A stretch of DNA of 64,000 nucleotides from Methanobacteriota archaeon (lineage in GTDB: Archaea; Thermoplasmatota; E2; DHVEG-1). The notes under the pieces were generated by a model. That model did not search any database. It saw only the letters and a list, made by a program, of their open reading frames with translations, and was not told the origin of the DNA. A program made the translations under genes and the position numbers. The stretch lies in contig CAVYNH010000006.1 of NCBI GenBank assembly GCA_963769885.1, forward strand, positions 416,001 to 480,000. Reading direction: 5' to 3'. Shown one piece after another: positions 18,202 to 28,686 of the stretch; the stretch's first letter is position 1, and every line of letters starts with the position of its first letter.

Positions 18202-18376
18202 GGGTGTGGCTCCCCCTGTCAGGTGAATCATCTTCGAATGGTATTCCTTCCTTTTAATAATTATGCCGTTTCCCCCAAGGGCTATTTAAATGTGGGGGGG
18301 GGGGTCGGATTCGAACACCCATAACACAATGCTTAAAGTCCGAGCGGCCGATTCGGGGTGCGGGGTTGCGTTCATT

Positions 18377-19039
18377 ATGAAGGTCACGCTGATCGGGCAC
18401 AGCCCGGACCCGGAGAAGGTGCCAGGGATGGCCGCGATGCTCACCCATTCGAAGACCACGCCGGAGTCGCTCAAGGACAAGCCGGAGCGGGAGCTGCGTG
18501 CGGTCCTCGGGCAGGTTATGGATCTGGGTCATACGAGCGTGGTGGAGCACACATGCTTCACGTTCGCGGTCAGCGGCGTGAGCCGCTCCCTGACTCATCA
18601 GCTGGTGCGGCATCGGATCGCCAGTTACTCCCAGCAGAGCCAGCGGTACGTGAGCCTCACCGAGCCGCAGTACGTCGTGCCGCCCACCATCGCCGGGAAG
18701 CCGGAGACGGCCGCGGCCTACCAGGCAGTCATGCAGGAGATCTGGAACCAATACAACAATCTCCTAAAGCAGGGGGTCCCCGCGGAGGACGCGCGGTACG
18801 TGCTGCCGAACGGGACGATGACGAACATCTTGGTGACCATGAATGCCCGGGAACTCTTGCATTTCTTCGAGCTACGCTGCTGCCAGCATGCCCAGTGGGA
18901 GATCCGCCGGCTGGCGGAGCTGATGCTTGCGGAAGTCCGGAAGGTCGCGCCGACGATCTTCAAAGATGCGGGGCCCTCGTGCGTGACCACAAGGGTTTGC
19001 CCGGAGAAGAAGACCGATTGTCCCTTGTACCCCGGGTGA
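18377..19039 (+). CDS. thyX: FAD-dependent thymidylate synthase
   Basis: GHTSVVEH, LVRHRIASYSQQSQRY, EDARYVLP, MNAREL, AQWEIR. Confidence 0.95.
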   Translation: MKVTLIGHSPDPEKVPGMAAMLTHSKTTPESLKDKPERELRAVLGQVMDLGHTSVVEHTCFTFAVSGVSRSLTHQLVRHRIASYSQQSQRYVSLTEPQYVVPPTIAGKPETAAAYQAVMQEIWNQYNNLLKQGVPAEDARYVLPNGTMTNILVTMNARELLHFFELRCCQHAQWEIRRLAELMLAEVRKVAPTIFKDAGPSCVTTRVCPEKKTDCPLYPG

Positions 19040-19046
19040 GGCGTGG

Positions 19047-19712
19047 ATGCGGCGTCCTCGAGTGACCCTTAACTGTGCGATGACCGCGGATGGGAAGACG
19101 GCGCTGCCGAGCCGTCGGCAACTGCGGATCTCTTCCGAGGAGGACCGGCGACGGGTCTACGAACTGCGGCAGGCCAGCGATGCCGTCCTCGTCGGCGTCG
19201 AGACCGTGCTCGCCGATGACCCCAAGCTAACGGTCAGCGAGAAGTACGTGAAACATCCACGGCAGCCGCTACGCGTGGTCTTGGATAGCCAGTGCCGTAC
19301 ACCGCCGGATGCCCTCGTGGTCAACGACGCGGCGCCGACCCTAATCTTCGCAAAAGCGGGATGCCTGACGAAATACAGCAGAGGCGTCGAGGTCGTGCCC
19401 TGTCCGCTGGACACGGAAGGGCAGCTGGATATTAACTGGGTGCTCCAGGCGTTGTGCGACCGGGGCGTCCGCCAGCTGCTCGTGGAGGGCGGCGGCACCG
19501 TCTTCTGGAGCTTTCTGCGGCTCGGGGTGTTCGATGCGCTGTTCGTGTACGTCGGCCCCCTGGTAGTCGGGGGGGCGCGGACGCCGACCATGGCGGCCGG
19601 CGTCGGCATCGCCGCTGAGGCTGAGGCCGTGCGATTGTCCCTGCGGTCGGTGGAACGCCTCGGCGCCGGGGTGCTGCTGCGGTACGAGCCTCTGAACAAG
19701 GATGTTTCCTAG
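19047..19712 (+). CDS. arfC: 2,5-diamino-6-ribosylamino-4(3H)-pyrimidinone 5'-phosphate reductase (RibD C-terminal family)
   Basis: AMTADGK, ISSEED, VGVETVLADDPKL, LRVVLDS, LLVEGGG. Confidence 0.8.
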   Translation: MRRPRVTLNCAMTADGKTALPSRRQLRISSEEDRRRVYELRQASDAVLVGVETVLADDPKLTVSEKYVKHPRQPLRVVLDSQCRTPPDALVVNDAAPTLIFAKAGCLTKYSRGVEVVPCPLDTEGQLDINWVLQALCDRGVRQLLVEGGGTVFWSFLRLGVFDALFVYVGPLVVGGARTPTMAAGVGIAAEAEAVRLSLRSVERLGAGVLLRYEPLNKDVS

Positions 19713-20131
19713 GTTTTTGGACGAAAGCGCCATACTGGCTTGTTTTTTCTGTCTTTGGCCAATAAGACGGGGAAAACCCTTATTATTCCTGAAACCCCTA
19801 CCGAGAAATCGTGGGGAATATATGAAGACCATAGCACCCCGGGGGGAATCGACGAGTGTGGTATGCGACTTTGGAGGCCTTTTGGGACCTCTTCCCATGC
19901 GGAATCTCCAACGTTCCATAGACTTTTCAGGGTCGATGGCATCCCATATCTCCTCTTTCTCCTCAGATGGACGATCGCCTCCCGATCTCCATGAAAGTAT
20001 GCATGTTGAAGCGTTCAAAGCCGCACAACGCTAACCCGCTGTCCCCCCTCGGTGCTATCCTCCTCCCGTTCTAGGCTGAAGAAAGATTTATTAAGAGGCT
20101 TGGTCCTTCGTTTTCTTGGAGGTTCAGGCGC

Positions 20132-22085
20132 ATGGGTCATCGCTGCTGCTTCTGGCTCTGCCTCGTCTGCATGGTAATGCCATGCACACCACTCGGATTC
20201 GCGCAGCCGACAGGGCAGCCGGCCCCCTTCGTCTTTCACCTCAGCTTCCCCGCCCCGATCATCCAGACTGTGGGCTCGGAATGCCGCATCACCTCCGCGG
20301 AGGCTCCAGGGCTCCTCGCGATCCCGGGGCAGCCGCTCCTGCCGAGGTACACGGTGACCGTCACCCTGCCGTTCGGCAGTAAAGTCGCCGACTTCCAGGT
20401 TCATGCATCTCCCGCCAGAGTCTCGATTCTTCCGTCTTTGCCCCTGCGTGCGCCATCCCCGGTTGGCATGTCGAACGGGGATACAGCCGGGGTGGACCCT
20501 GCCGCTGATTTCGTCCGGTTCCCGATGCTGCAGGCTGTCTACCAGGTCGGCACCGGCCTGGACCGCGCCGATACCCACGTGACGTTCCTGACCCTCGTGG
20601 TCTACCCCGGGCAGTACCAGGCTGAGACGAACACGCTCCACTGGATCAGCGACTGGACAATCGAGGTCTCGTACAGCATGCCGGAGCATCCGGCGAGCTT
20701 CTCCGGCGGCAGCGAGCTGGTCATCATTGCGCCATCGCAGTTCGCCCGGATCCTTTCCCCCTTGGTCGCCCATAAGCGGGCGTTGGGCATCTCCACGTCG
20801 CTGATCACCCTCACGGACCTCTACAATGAGTATTATGCGAAAGACCATGCCGAGCAGATCAAGCTGTGCATCAGAGACGCCGTTTATCAGGGGACGAAGT
20901 ATGTCTTGTTGGTCGGCGGCCTGAAATCCAAATGGTATGGGGTCCCGCGAGACTCCCTCAGCATCGGGGCCAACGACTGGTGGCTGCCTGTCCGGGTACT
21001 CGAACCTCTGGGACTTGAACAAGCCCCGCGACCCAGGGTTCATCTCCGACCTCTACTATGCGGATTTGTTCACGAGCCAGGGGCTGTTTTGCAGCTGGGA
21101 CGACAACGGGGACGGGGTGTACGGCGGGTGGAGCAACCCGAATGCGCTGGGGATACCACAGACGGACACCTTGGATTTCTACCCGGACGTCTACGTCGGT
21201 CGGCTGCCATGCCGGACCCTAGCGGAATGCCGGACGATGGTGCGCAAGATCATCGCCTATGAGACGACCCCGGCGGACCCCTCCTGGTTCTCGCGGGCGG
21301 TGGTGGCCGCGGGGGACCCGTACTACGACCCCGGGACAAATATCTATGAGGGGGAGGCAATCGGCGACGAGATCCTTTCCCATCTGACGGACCATTACCT
21401 TATCCATCTATATGCCTCGTCGAAGGATGAGTATGGTGACGGGACACCGCTGACGCGCAACATCCTGCGTGAGCTGGAGACCGGCTGCGGGTTCCTGGTT
21501 CTGGACGGGCATGGGGGGCCGTCGTGGTGGAACACCTGCTGGCCGGGCGACTGCAACCATACGATTCCCTTCGGCGGGTTGTCGGTCAAGGATTTGTGGC
21601 GGCTGACGAATGGAGAGCGGCAGCCGGTGGTGGTGATCGGTGGCTGTCACTGCTGCCTGATCAACGTCTCGGTATTGCGCAGCCTCGTGGACTGGGACAA
21701 TTCGCTGGCGACGTGGACGCATGGGCAGCCGACGGCGCGGTGCTTGGGTGAGGCGTTCCTGATGAAGCGGAACGGTGGTGGCATCGCGGTGCTGGGGTCG
21801 ACGGGTATGGGATATGAGCAGTCGGGGGAGAACGGGGATCTTGATGGGGACGGGCGGAACCTGCCGGATTGTGATGAGGGATTGGGCGGGTATCTGGAGA
21901 TCTTATTCTTCCGGGCGTATCAGAACGGGTCGCGGTCGGTGGGGCAGGCGTGGGGGCAGGCGATCTCGGCCTACTTGGATGTGTACCCGGGGATGCTGCA
22001 CCGGGCTGATGCCAAGACCGTTGAGCAGTGGATCCTCCTTGGTGATCCGAGCCTGCGGATTGGCGGGTACCTCTCGGAGAAATAA
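20132..22085 (+). CDS. Secreted C25 (gingipain-family) cysteine peptidase with propeptide; +1 frameshift at 20994-20996
   Basis: Signal peptide, PGQPLLP propeptide, YVLLVGG, ISDLYYAD, PDVYVGRLP, DGHGG (His), IGGCHC (Cys), WILLGDPSLRIGGY. Confidence 0.85.
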
Positions 22086-22107
22086 AACAGGGTTTTTTTT
22101 GTGTTGG

Positions 22108-23076
22108 TTAGGCTTCGGGCATGTAGTTCATCTTGTGGAGGCGTGAGGCGTAAACGTACCGGTATTTTTTGATGGCGTCGGGGAACTGGTTGATGAGGTC
22201 TTTCATGATCTCGTGGAACTCTTCGAGGGATTTGACGTGGTATTCGAGTTCGAGGTCGCTGATGCCGACGCTTTTGTCGATGCGGATGAGGTGGGGGTTG
22301 GTTTTGGCGTAGTTGATGATCTTGCCGCGTTGTTTGTAGTCTTTGAGGTCGATGTCTGCTTTGAAGAACTGGTAGCCGAGTTTGGCGTAGTCGATGTCGG
22401 CTCTGAAGCCTTGGATGACGCCGGTTTTGATGAGTTTTTTGAGGCGGTAGTTGACGACGGCGACGGTGGTGTCGAGGTGGTCCGCGATGTCTTTGACGGA
22501 CATGCGGGCGTTGGGGGCGATGAGGCGAAGGAGGCGGGAGTCGAGGTCGTCGATGGTGACTTGGTCGCCGCCGCCGGTGATCTCGAATTTTGTTCGGTCG
22601 GAGTGGTTGGGGTCGTCGAGGAGGTAGGAGTGGCGGTAGGTGTAGATTTGGATGTAGGCGCTGAATTGCTGTTCGAGGAAGTTGTCGCGGAATTTTCGGA
22701 GGGTGTCTTCCCAGAAGCTGTAGAAGTCGTTGATGTTTTTGACCCACATGATGACGGCGAGGTCGAAGCGGCCTTCGGCGCTGATGGTCCACCAGTTGAG
22801 TTTTTGTTTGGTGAAGTGGTCGATGAGTTCTTGTTCGCGTTGTTTGGTCATGTATTGGTAGACGAGGTAGACGCGGAAGCTGATGTAGCCGAGTTTGAAG
22901 GCGTCGATGACGGTGTAGAAGGTCTTGATGTACTGGTTTTCGATGAGTTTGTTGATGCGGTAGGCGACGACGGTTTTGCTCAGGCCGATTTTCTTTCCTA
23001 TCTTGGCGAAGGATTGTCGGCTGTCGAGGTCGAGCTGGTAGAGGATTTCGCGGTCTTTAGAGTCGATTTTGACCAT
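22108..23076 (-). CDS. Tandem-duplicated Lrp/AsnC transcriptional regulator
   Basis: Two HTH+RAM units (IDSKDREILYQL..DSRQS; IDDLDSRLLRLI..NARMS). Confidence 0.88.
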   Translation of the reverse strand: MVKIDSKDREILYQLDLDSRQSFAKIGKKIGLSKTVVAYRINKLIENQYIKTFYTVIDAFKLGYISFRVYLVYQYMTKQREQELIDHFTKQKLNWWTISAEGRFDLAVIMWVKNINDFYSFWEDTLRKFRDNFLEQQFSAYIQIYTYRHSYLLDDPNHSDRTKFEITGGGDQVTIDDLDSRLLRLIAPNARMSVKDIADHLDTTVAVVNYRLKKLIKTGVIQGFRADIDYAKLGYQFFKADIDLKDYKQRGKIINYAKTNPHLIRIDKSVGISDLELEYHVKSLEEFHEIMKDLINQFPDAIKKYRYVYASRLHKMNYMPEA

Positions 23077-23281
23077 GCTTGCGGTTTGTTATCACGCTTT
23101 TGAATTAAGTAATTTTCTCTTTTTGTTCAAAAAGCGCGTTATTTTTTTGGCCGATGAAAGATTCCGAGGATTAGTCAAAGAAGATGGGGGGTTGTTTTAC
23201 CATCATCCATCGGAGGAGGGGAAAGCGAAATCTCGGTGAACAACCTATATATAACCTGTCTTCAATGACGGTGCAGGACAA

Positions 23282-24718
23282 ATGTGTGGCATCGTCGGGA
23301 TTATCGGGGGACAACCAGTTTCTCGACTCATCTACCATAGCCTCTTCGCGATACAGCACCGCGGCCAATCCTCAGCCGGCATGCTGACCTACGACGGTAA
23401 CATCCACGTCACCAAAGACAGCGGCCTCGTACGCGACGTCTTCAACGACGAAAAAAAGATCATCAGGCCCGGCACCGTCGGCATCGGCCACACCCGCTAC
23501 TCCACCGCCGGCATGGACGACATCGAATCACTCAAGAAGAACGCCCAGCCCGAGTACCTCGTCAACCCCTTCCTCGCCGCCGTCCACAACGGCAACATCT
23601 ACAACGGCAACGAAATCGCCAAAGAAACCACCCGAGTACCCCGGACCGACTGCGACATCCAATGGCTCCTCCTCCCCATGGCCGACGCCCTCTACAAAAA
23701 AGAGGTCACCCCTGACCTCATCATGGACGCCTGCGCCGGCCTCATGCCCAAACTCAAGGGCAGCTACTCCGCCCTCTACATCGCCGACTCCGGCGACCAC
23801 CCCTACCTCTTCGCCATCACCGACCCCCGCAAACTCCGCCCCCTCGTCCTCGGCAAATCCAACGGCATGTACTGCCTCACCTCCGAAACCCGCGTCTTCA
23901 AACGCATCAACTTCCAATACATCAAAGACATCCCCGGCGGCAGCGTCATCATCATCGACGAACACGGCACCATCTGGGAAAAACAGATCATCAAGAAACC
24001 CGAGATGCCCTGCATGTTCGAGTTCGTCTACTTCGCCAAACCCGACAGCCGCATCAAAGACCGCAGCATCCACAACGTCCGCCAAGAAATCGGCCAACGC
24101 CTCGCCCTCGAACAACCCTCCGTCGCCGACATCGTCATCCCCGTCCCCGAATCCGGACGACGCTACGCCATCGGCTACGCCCGACAATCCGGCATCCCAT
24201 TCGAAGAAGGCATCATGAAAGACAAAGACGAACGCAGCTTCATCCAACAAACCCAAGAAAACCGCGACAAAACCGTCGAAGAAGGGCTCTCGTTCCTCAG
24301 ATCCGCCCTCGAAGACAAACGCGTCGTCCTCGTCGACGACAGCATCGTCCGCGGCACCAACATCCGAAAAATCGTCAAAGGCCTCCGCACCGCCGGCGCC
24401 AAAGAAGTCCACGTCAGAATCGGCTGCCCACCCCTCATCGCCCCCTGCTACCTCGGCATCGACATGCGCAGCCGCACAGAATTCCTCGCCCGCACCCAAA
24501 ACGGCGACATCAAACCCATCCAGGAAATCAGCAAAGAAATCGGCGCCGACAGCCTCGGCTACATCAGCATCGAAGGACTCCGCAAAGCCATCGGCTTCGA
24601 CCACTGCCGCGGCTGCATCGACTTCCCCACAGGCTACCCCCCAGAGATGCACGACGACGTCCAACGCCTCTACAACCTCAACCACCACCAAGGCATCCGC
24701 GCCTACGAATGCCAATAA
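23282..24718 (+). CDS. purF: Amidophosphoribosyltransferase (Fe-S type)
   Basis: MCGIVG, QHRGQ, GHTRYST, CMFEFVYFA, VDDSIVRG, PCYLGID, CRGC. Confidence 0.95.
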   Translation: MCGIVGIIGGQPVSRLIYHSLFAIQHRGQSSAGMLTYDGNIHVTKDSGLVRDVFNDEKKIIRPGTVGIGHTRYSTAGMDDIESLKKNAQPEYLVNPFLAAVHNGNIYNGNEIAKETTRVPRTDCDIQWLLLPMADALYKKEVTPDLIMDACAGLMPKLKGSYSALYIADSGDHPYLFAITDPRKLRPLVLGKSNGMYCLTSETRVFKRINFQYIKDIPGGSVIIIDEHGTIWEKQIIKKPEMPCMFEFVYFAKPDSRIKDRSIHNVRQEIGQRLALEQPSVADIVIPVPESGRRYAIGYARQSGIPFEEGIMKDKDERSFIQQTQENRDKTVEEGLSFLRSALEDKRVVLVDDSIVRGTNIRKIVKGLRTAGAKEVHVRIGCPPLIAPCYLGIDMRSRTEFLARTQNGDIKPIQEISKEIGADSLGYISIEGLRKAIGFDHCRGCIDFPTGYPPEMHDDVQRLYNLNHHQGIRAYECQ

Positions 24719-24740
24719 AAAAAACAACAAAAAGAGACCC

Positions 24741-25043
24741 ATGATCGAGATCATCGTCGGCAGCACCGAAGAACTCATCATCCGCTACCTCCAACGCCAC
24801 TATCCCGTCACCTTCGCCGAACTCCACAAACACCTCCACCTCAGCCACGCCACCATCAAACGCACCCTCCTCAAACTCCAACACCACGGCGTCCTCAGAG
24901 TCGACCCCCTCCCCGGCAACGCCTACATCCGCCTCGTCCGCAGTGACTTCTACTTCCTCGGCGACCGCAAACCCACCAAAACCACCCCACGCCGACCCAA
25001 ACCACCACCGCCCCCAGACTACGACGGCATCATGTACTCCTAA
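24741..25043 (+). CDS. Small winged-helix DNA-binding protein (putative)
   Basis: IIRYLQRHYPVTFAELHKHLHLSHATIKRTLLKLQHHGVL HTH pattern. Confidence 0.65.
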   Translation: MIEIIVGSTEELIIRYLQRHYPVTFAELHKHLHLSHATIKRTLLKLQHHGVLRVDPLPGNAYIRLVRSDFYFLGDRKPTKTTPRRPKPPPPPDYDGIMYS

Positions 25044-25124
25044 AAACAGGGGAAAAGGAAAAAGGCTTTATTCCTCCTTCTCCATTATCCTGCCCCGAAG
25101 ACCTAGAAGGTGGATGGACCAACC

Positions 25125-26834
25125 ATGGAGACAGCCTCAATTCAAGTACAAACAAACAACACCATACACACCAGACCAGCGGGCAAACCCAAGATCGCCT
25201 ACTTCTCCATGGAAATCGGCATCGACGAACACATCCCCACCTACAGCGGCGGCCTCGGCATCCTCGCCGGCGACACCCTCAAATCCTGCGCCGACCTCAA
25301 CGTCCCCATCGTTGGCGTCACACTACTCTCAGAGAAAGGCTACTTCTACCAAGAAATCGACCCCGACGGCAACCAAATCGAACTCCCCTACAACTTCAAC
25401 ATCAACGACTTCCTCAAGCCACTCCCCTCTAAAACCGAGGTCACCATCGAAGGACGCCCCGTCAACATCCGCATCTGGTACTACCTCGTCCAAGGCATCA
25501 ACGGCTACATCGTCCCCATCTTCTTCCTCGACACCAACCTCGAAGAAAACAGCACCTATGACCGCGAAATCACCAAATACCTCTACGGCGGCGACGCCAG
25601 ATACCGCCTCGCCCAAGAAGCCGTACTCGGCATCGGCGGCATCAGAGCCATCCACGCCCTCGGCTACCAAACCATCGACAAATACCACATGAACGAAGGA
25701 CACGCCGCCCTCGGCACCCTCGAACTCTACCGCCGCTACCAAGACATCGAACGCGTCCGCGACCAATGCGTCTTCACCACCCACACCCCCGTCGCCGCAG
25801 GCCACGACCAATTCGACCTCGGCCTCGTCAAAAACATGATCGGCGACATGTTCCCCCAACCCCTCACCCCCGACATCACCTTCGAAAACCGACTCAACAT
25901 GACTCGACTCGCCCTCTTCTTCAGCCACTACGTCAACGGCGTCGCCAAACGACACGGCGAAGTCAGCCGCATGATGTTCCCCGGCTACGCCATCGACTCC
26001 ATCACCAACGGCGTCCATACCGCCACCTGGGTCTCCGAGCCCTTCGCCAAAGTCTACGACAAATACATGCCAGGCTGGCGCTCTGACCCCTACCTCTTAC
26101 GCGCCGCCTTCGGCATCGACAAAAACGACATCTGGACCGCCCACGTCGAAGCCAAGAAAAAACTCATCGACTTCGTCAACAACCGCTACAACATCGGCAT
26201 GAACTACGACAACTTCACCATCGGCTTCGCCCGCCGACAAACCGCCTACAAACGCCCAGAGCTCCTCATCAGCGACCCCGGCAAACTCATGAGCATCGCC
26301 GAAAAAGCAGGCCCCATCCAGATCATCTACGCCGGCAAAGCCCACCCCCGCGATGGCAGCGGCAAGGAATCAATCCACCGCATCTACCAGGTCATGAAGA
26401 ATATCAAAGGAAAAGTCAAGATGATCTACATCGACAACTACGACATGGCCATCTCCAAGCTCATGACCTCCGGCGTTGACCTATGGCTCAACACCCCCCG
26501 CCGCCCCCAGGAAGCCTCCGGGACCTCCGGGATGAAGGCCGCCCACAACGGCGTCCCCCAGTTCAGCACTCTCGACGGGTGGTGGATTGAGGGCCGCATC
26601 GAGAACATCACCGGCTGGGCGATCGGCACCAGGAAATCCAACGAACGCGAATCCGACGACGACGCCGACCGCGACAACCTCTACACCAAGCTCGAATCCT
26701 GGATTATGCCGAAGTTCTACAAAGACCGGGAAAACTGGATTAGAACGATGCGCAGCTGCATCGCGATCAACGCCTCGTTCTTCAACACCAACCGCATGAT
26801 CCAGCAGTACGTCCTAAACGCGTACTTCATGTAA
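25125..26834 (+). CDS. glgP: Alpha-glucan phosphorylase (GT35)
   Basis: IAYFSMEIG, YSGGLGILAGD, HMNEGH, FTTHTPV, FARRQTAYKR, EASGTSGMKA PLP motif. Confidence 0.93.
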   Translation: METASIQVQTNNTIHTRPAGKPKIAYFSMEIGIDEHIPTYSGGLGILAGDTLKSCADLNVPIVGVTLLSEKGYFYQEIDPDGNQIELPYNFNINDFLKPLPSKTEVTIEGRPVNIRIWYYLVQGINGYIVPIFFLDTNLEENSTYDREITKYLYGGDARYRLAQEAVLGIGGIRAIHALGYQTIDKYHMNEGHAALGTLELYRRYQDIERVRDQCVFTTHTPVAAGHDQFDLGLVKNMIGDMFPQPLTPDITFENRLNMTRLALFFSHYVNGVAKRHGEVSRMMFPGYAIDSITNGVHTATWVSEPFAKVYDKYMPGWRSDPYLLRAAFGIDKNDIWTAHVEAKKKLIDFVNNRYNIGMNYDNFTIGFARRQTAYKRPELLISDPGKLMSIAEKAGPIQIIYAGKAHPRDGSGKESIHRIYQVMKNIKGKVKMIYIDNYDMAISKLMTSGVDLWLNTPRRPQEASGTSGMKAAHNGVPQFSTLDGWWIEGRIENITGWAIGTRKSNERESDDDADRDNLYTKLESWIMPKFYKDRENWIRTMRSCIAINASFFNTNRMIQQYVLNAYFM

Positions 26835-28676
26835 CAGCGTCTTTTCAAATTCGGGCCGTCTGCCCTCGATGTCTTCTACGAGCGCACGCAGGATTTCCGC
26901 GATGCTCCACGCCTGCGTGATGCACCCCTGCGGCGCGTACGGCGGCTCCGGGTCGAACAGCTCTGGAACCGTCCCATCCCACTGCCTCCCGAACACCTCA
27001 CGCATCGGCTCAAAGAACGTCGACTTTGCAAGCGCCCTTATAGAGGGATTGTAATCATGGGTTTTCACGAACGCGGTGATGAACGGTCCCAGAAGCCACG
27101 GCCAGACGATCCCGTTATGATAAGCGAGATCCTTATTGTACGGCCCGATCAACGACCCTTTATAGGCTGGGTCGTCAGCTGCCAATGTCCGAGGGCCGAA
27201 TAACGTGATAAGATGATCCTGGACCTCATCCACGATTTCCTCCTGGAGCGGTTCATCAGCGAGCGGGAAATCCAAGGAGACGAGGAAGATCTCGTTGGGC
27301 CGCCGGGACAGATCCTTCTTGTCAACCACGTCATACATCTGGTCGTATTGCCGATGGAAGCTATCATGGACTTTCTTGGCGAGGGGACTGTAGGTATCCT
27401 TCCGCTCAAGCAATGGGGCGCAGACGCCCATGATGCGTAGCGCGTTATACCAGAGTCCCTGGATCTCGACGGCCTTATACGCGCGAGGAGTCGGATAATA
27501 GTCGCCCATCTTGACATCCATCCAGGTCAACCCTGGTTCATGGCTGATCAGGAAATCCGTATCCATATGGATGCCATAGCGGGTCCCTTGGATGTAGTGT
27601 TGAATGATGCTCGTAAGGGTCGGCCAGATGATGAACAGAAAATCGAGGTCGTTCGTGTACTTCAGGTATTGGAAGGCTCGATCGATGAACCACAATGATG
27701 CATCCACCGTGTTGTAGGCGCTGGTGCCGTCGCGGTCCATGAAGACGTTGGGGATGAGGCCGCCCTGGCAGTACCCGGCGAGGCCAAGCAGCAGCTGGCG
27801 AGCCTTATAATAGCGATGAGTCACGAGCGTGGTCCCGGGGAGCGCGATGAGGGTGTCTCTGCCCCAGTCGCTGAACCAATGGTAGCCCGCGACCATGCTG
27901 ATGCCGTCTCCTTTCTGAACGAGGAACTGATCGCTGGCGAGCACGAGCGGCGAGTATTCCTCGGGGAGTCCTGCGTTGCGGAGGAGCTCATCTGTCCTGA
28001 GCAGTTCCTGATCAAGGATTCCTCCGGGGTTCTCCGGCAGCTCTGGCTCCACCGTCATGGTCAGGTAGTAGGAAGTCGCGCGTGGGACCGGTTTTGTGAA
28101 CACGCCGAGTCGAAGAACCGTGTCGATCCATGAGTCCTGCCGCTCGCGGTCGGCGGCATACCTGAGTTCCTCCCAGGATTCGTACGGCGTGTACGACGCG
28201 CCGTCAACACGGATCTTGAGTGTCTTCTCGATTCTACTCGTCGTAAACTCGATGTGGTCTGCGGCGTGGTGGTGCTGAAACGTGAATGCTCCAGGGGCGA
28301 GACAGTCGTAGAAATGCCGAGAGGTCACCAGCGGCTGATGGGAGAAGGTAACAGGATGGTGTGTTTGGACGTCGTATTTCACCAGGCTTGTGTTCATGCC
28401 ATAGTCCATGAAAAACGTCTTTTGGACCTCGACATCCCCGATGGTGTACGTGAGGGTCGGGAGGCGATTGAACGAGAAGCTTGGGATGGTTTCTTGCAGC
28501 AACAGCGTCTTATTGTGGTCAACGAGATAATCGAGGACGTTGGTGACGAACACCCAGCGGTTCGTCGGCGGGGTGAGGCTGGCGACGAGGAGGCCGTGGA
28601 ACTTCCGGGTCGCCGTCTGGCGGTGCGTCAGGGAGGCGTACCCGCCGAGTCCGTTGGTCACGATCCATTCGCGCAT
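26814..28676 (-). CDS. Glycogen debranching enzyme (amylo-alpha-1,6-glucosidase)
   Basis: EWIVTNGLGGYAS, AGYHWFSDWGRDT, YNTVDASLW, LTWMD, YHNGIVWPWL, QAWS. Confidence 0.92.
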   Translation of the reverse strand: MREWIVTNGLGGYASLTHRQTATRKFHGLLVASLTPPTNRWVFVTNVLDYLVDHNKTLLLQETIPSFSFNRLPTLTYTIGDVEVQKTFFMDYGMNTSLVKYDVQTHHPVTFSHQPLVTSRHFYDCLAPGAFTFQHHHAADHIEFTTSRIEKTLKIRVDGASYTPYESWEELRYAADRERQDSWIDTVLRLGVFTKPVPRATSYYLTMTVEPELPENPGGILDQELLRTDELLRNAGLPEEYSPLVLASDQFLVQKGDGISMVAGYHWFSDWGRDTLIALPGTTLVTHRYYKARQLLLGLAGYCQGGLIPNVFMDRDGTSAYNTVDASLWFIDRAFQYLKYTNDLDFLFIIWPTLTSIIQHYIQGTRYGIHMDTDFLISHEPGLTWMDVKMGDYYPTPRAYKAVEIQGLWYNALRIMGVCAPLLERKDTYSPLAKKVHDSFHRQYDQMYDVVDKKDLSRRPNEIFLVSLDFPLADEPLQEEIVDEVQDHLITLFGPRTLAADDPAYKGSLIGPYNKDLAYHNGIVWPWLLGPFITAFVKTHDYNPSIRALAKSTFFEPMREVFGRQWDGTVPELFDPEPPYAPQGCITQAWSIAEILRALVEDIEGRRPEFEKTLLHEVRV

Positions 28677-28686
28677 CCGAAGGCCG

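Noticed and set aside
19713-20131. Short ORFs in the arfC-C25 intergenic region
   Set aside because: Several overlapping frames without motifs or clear coding bias.
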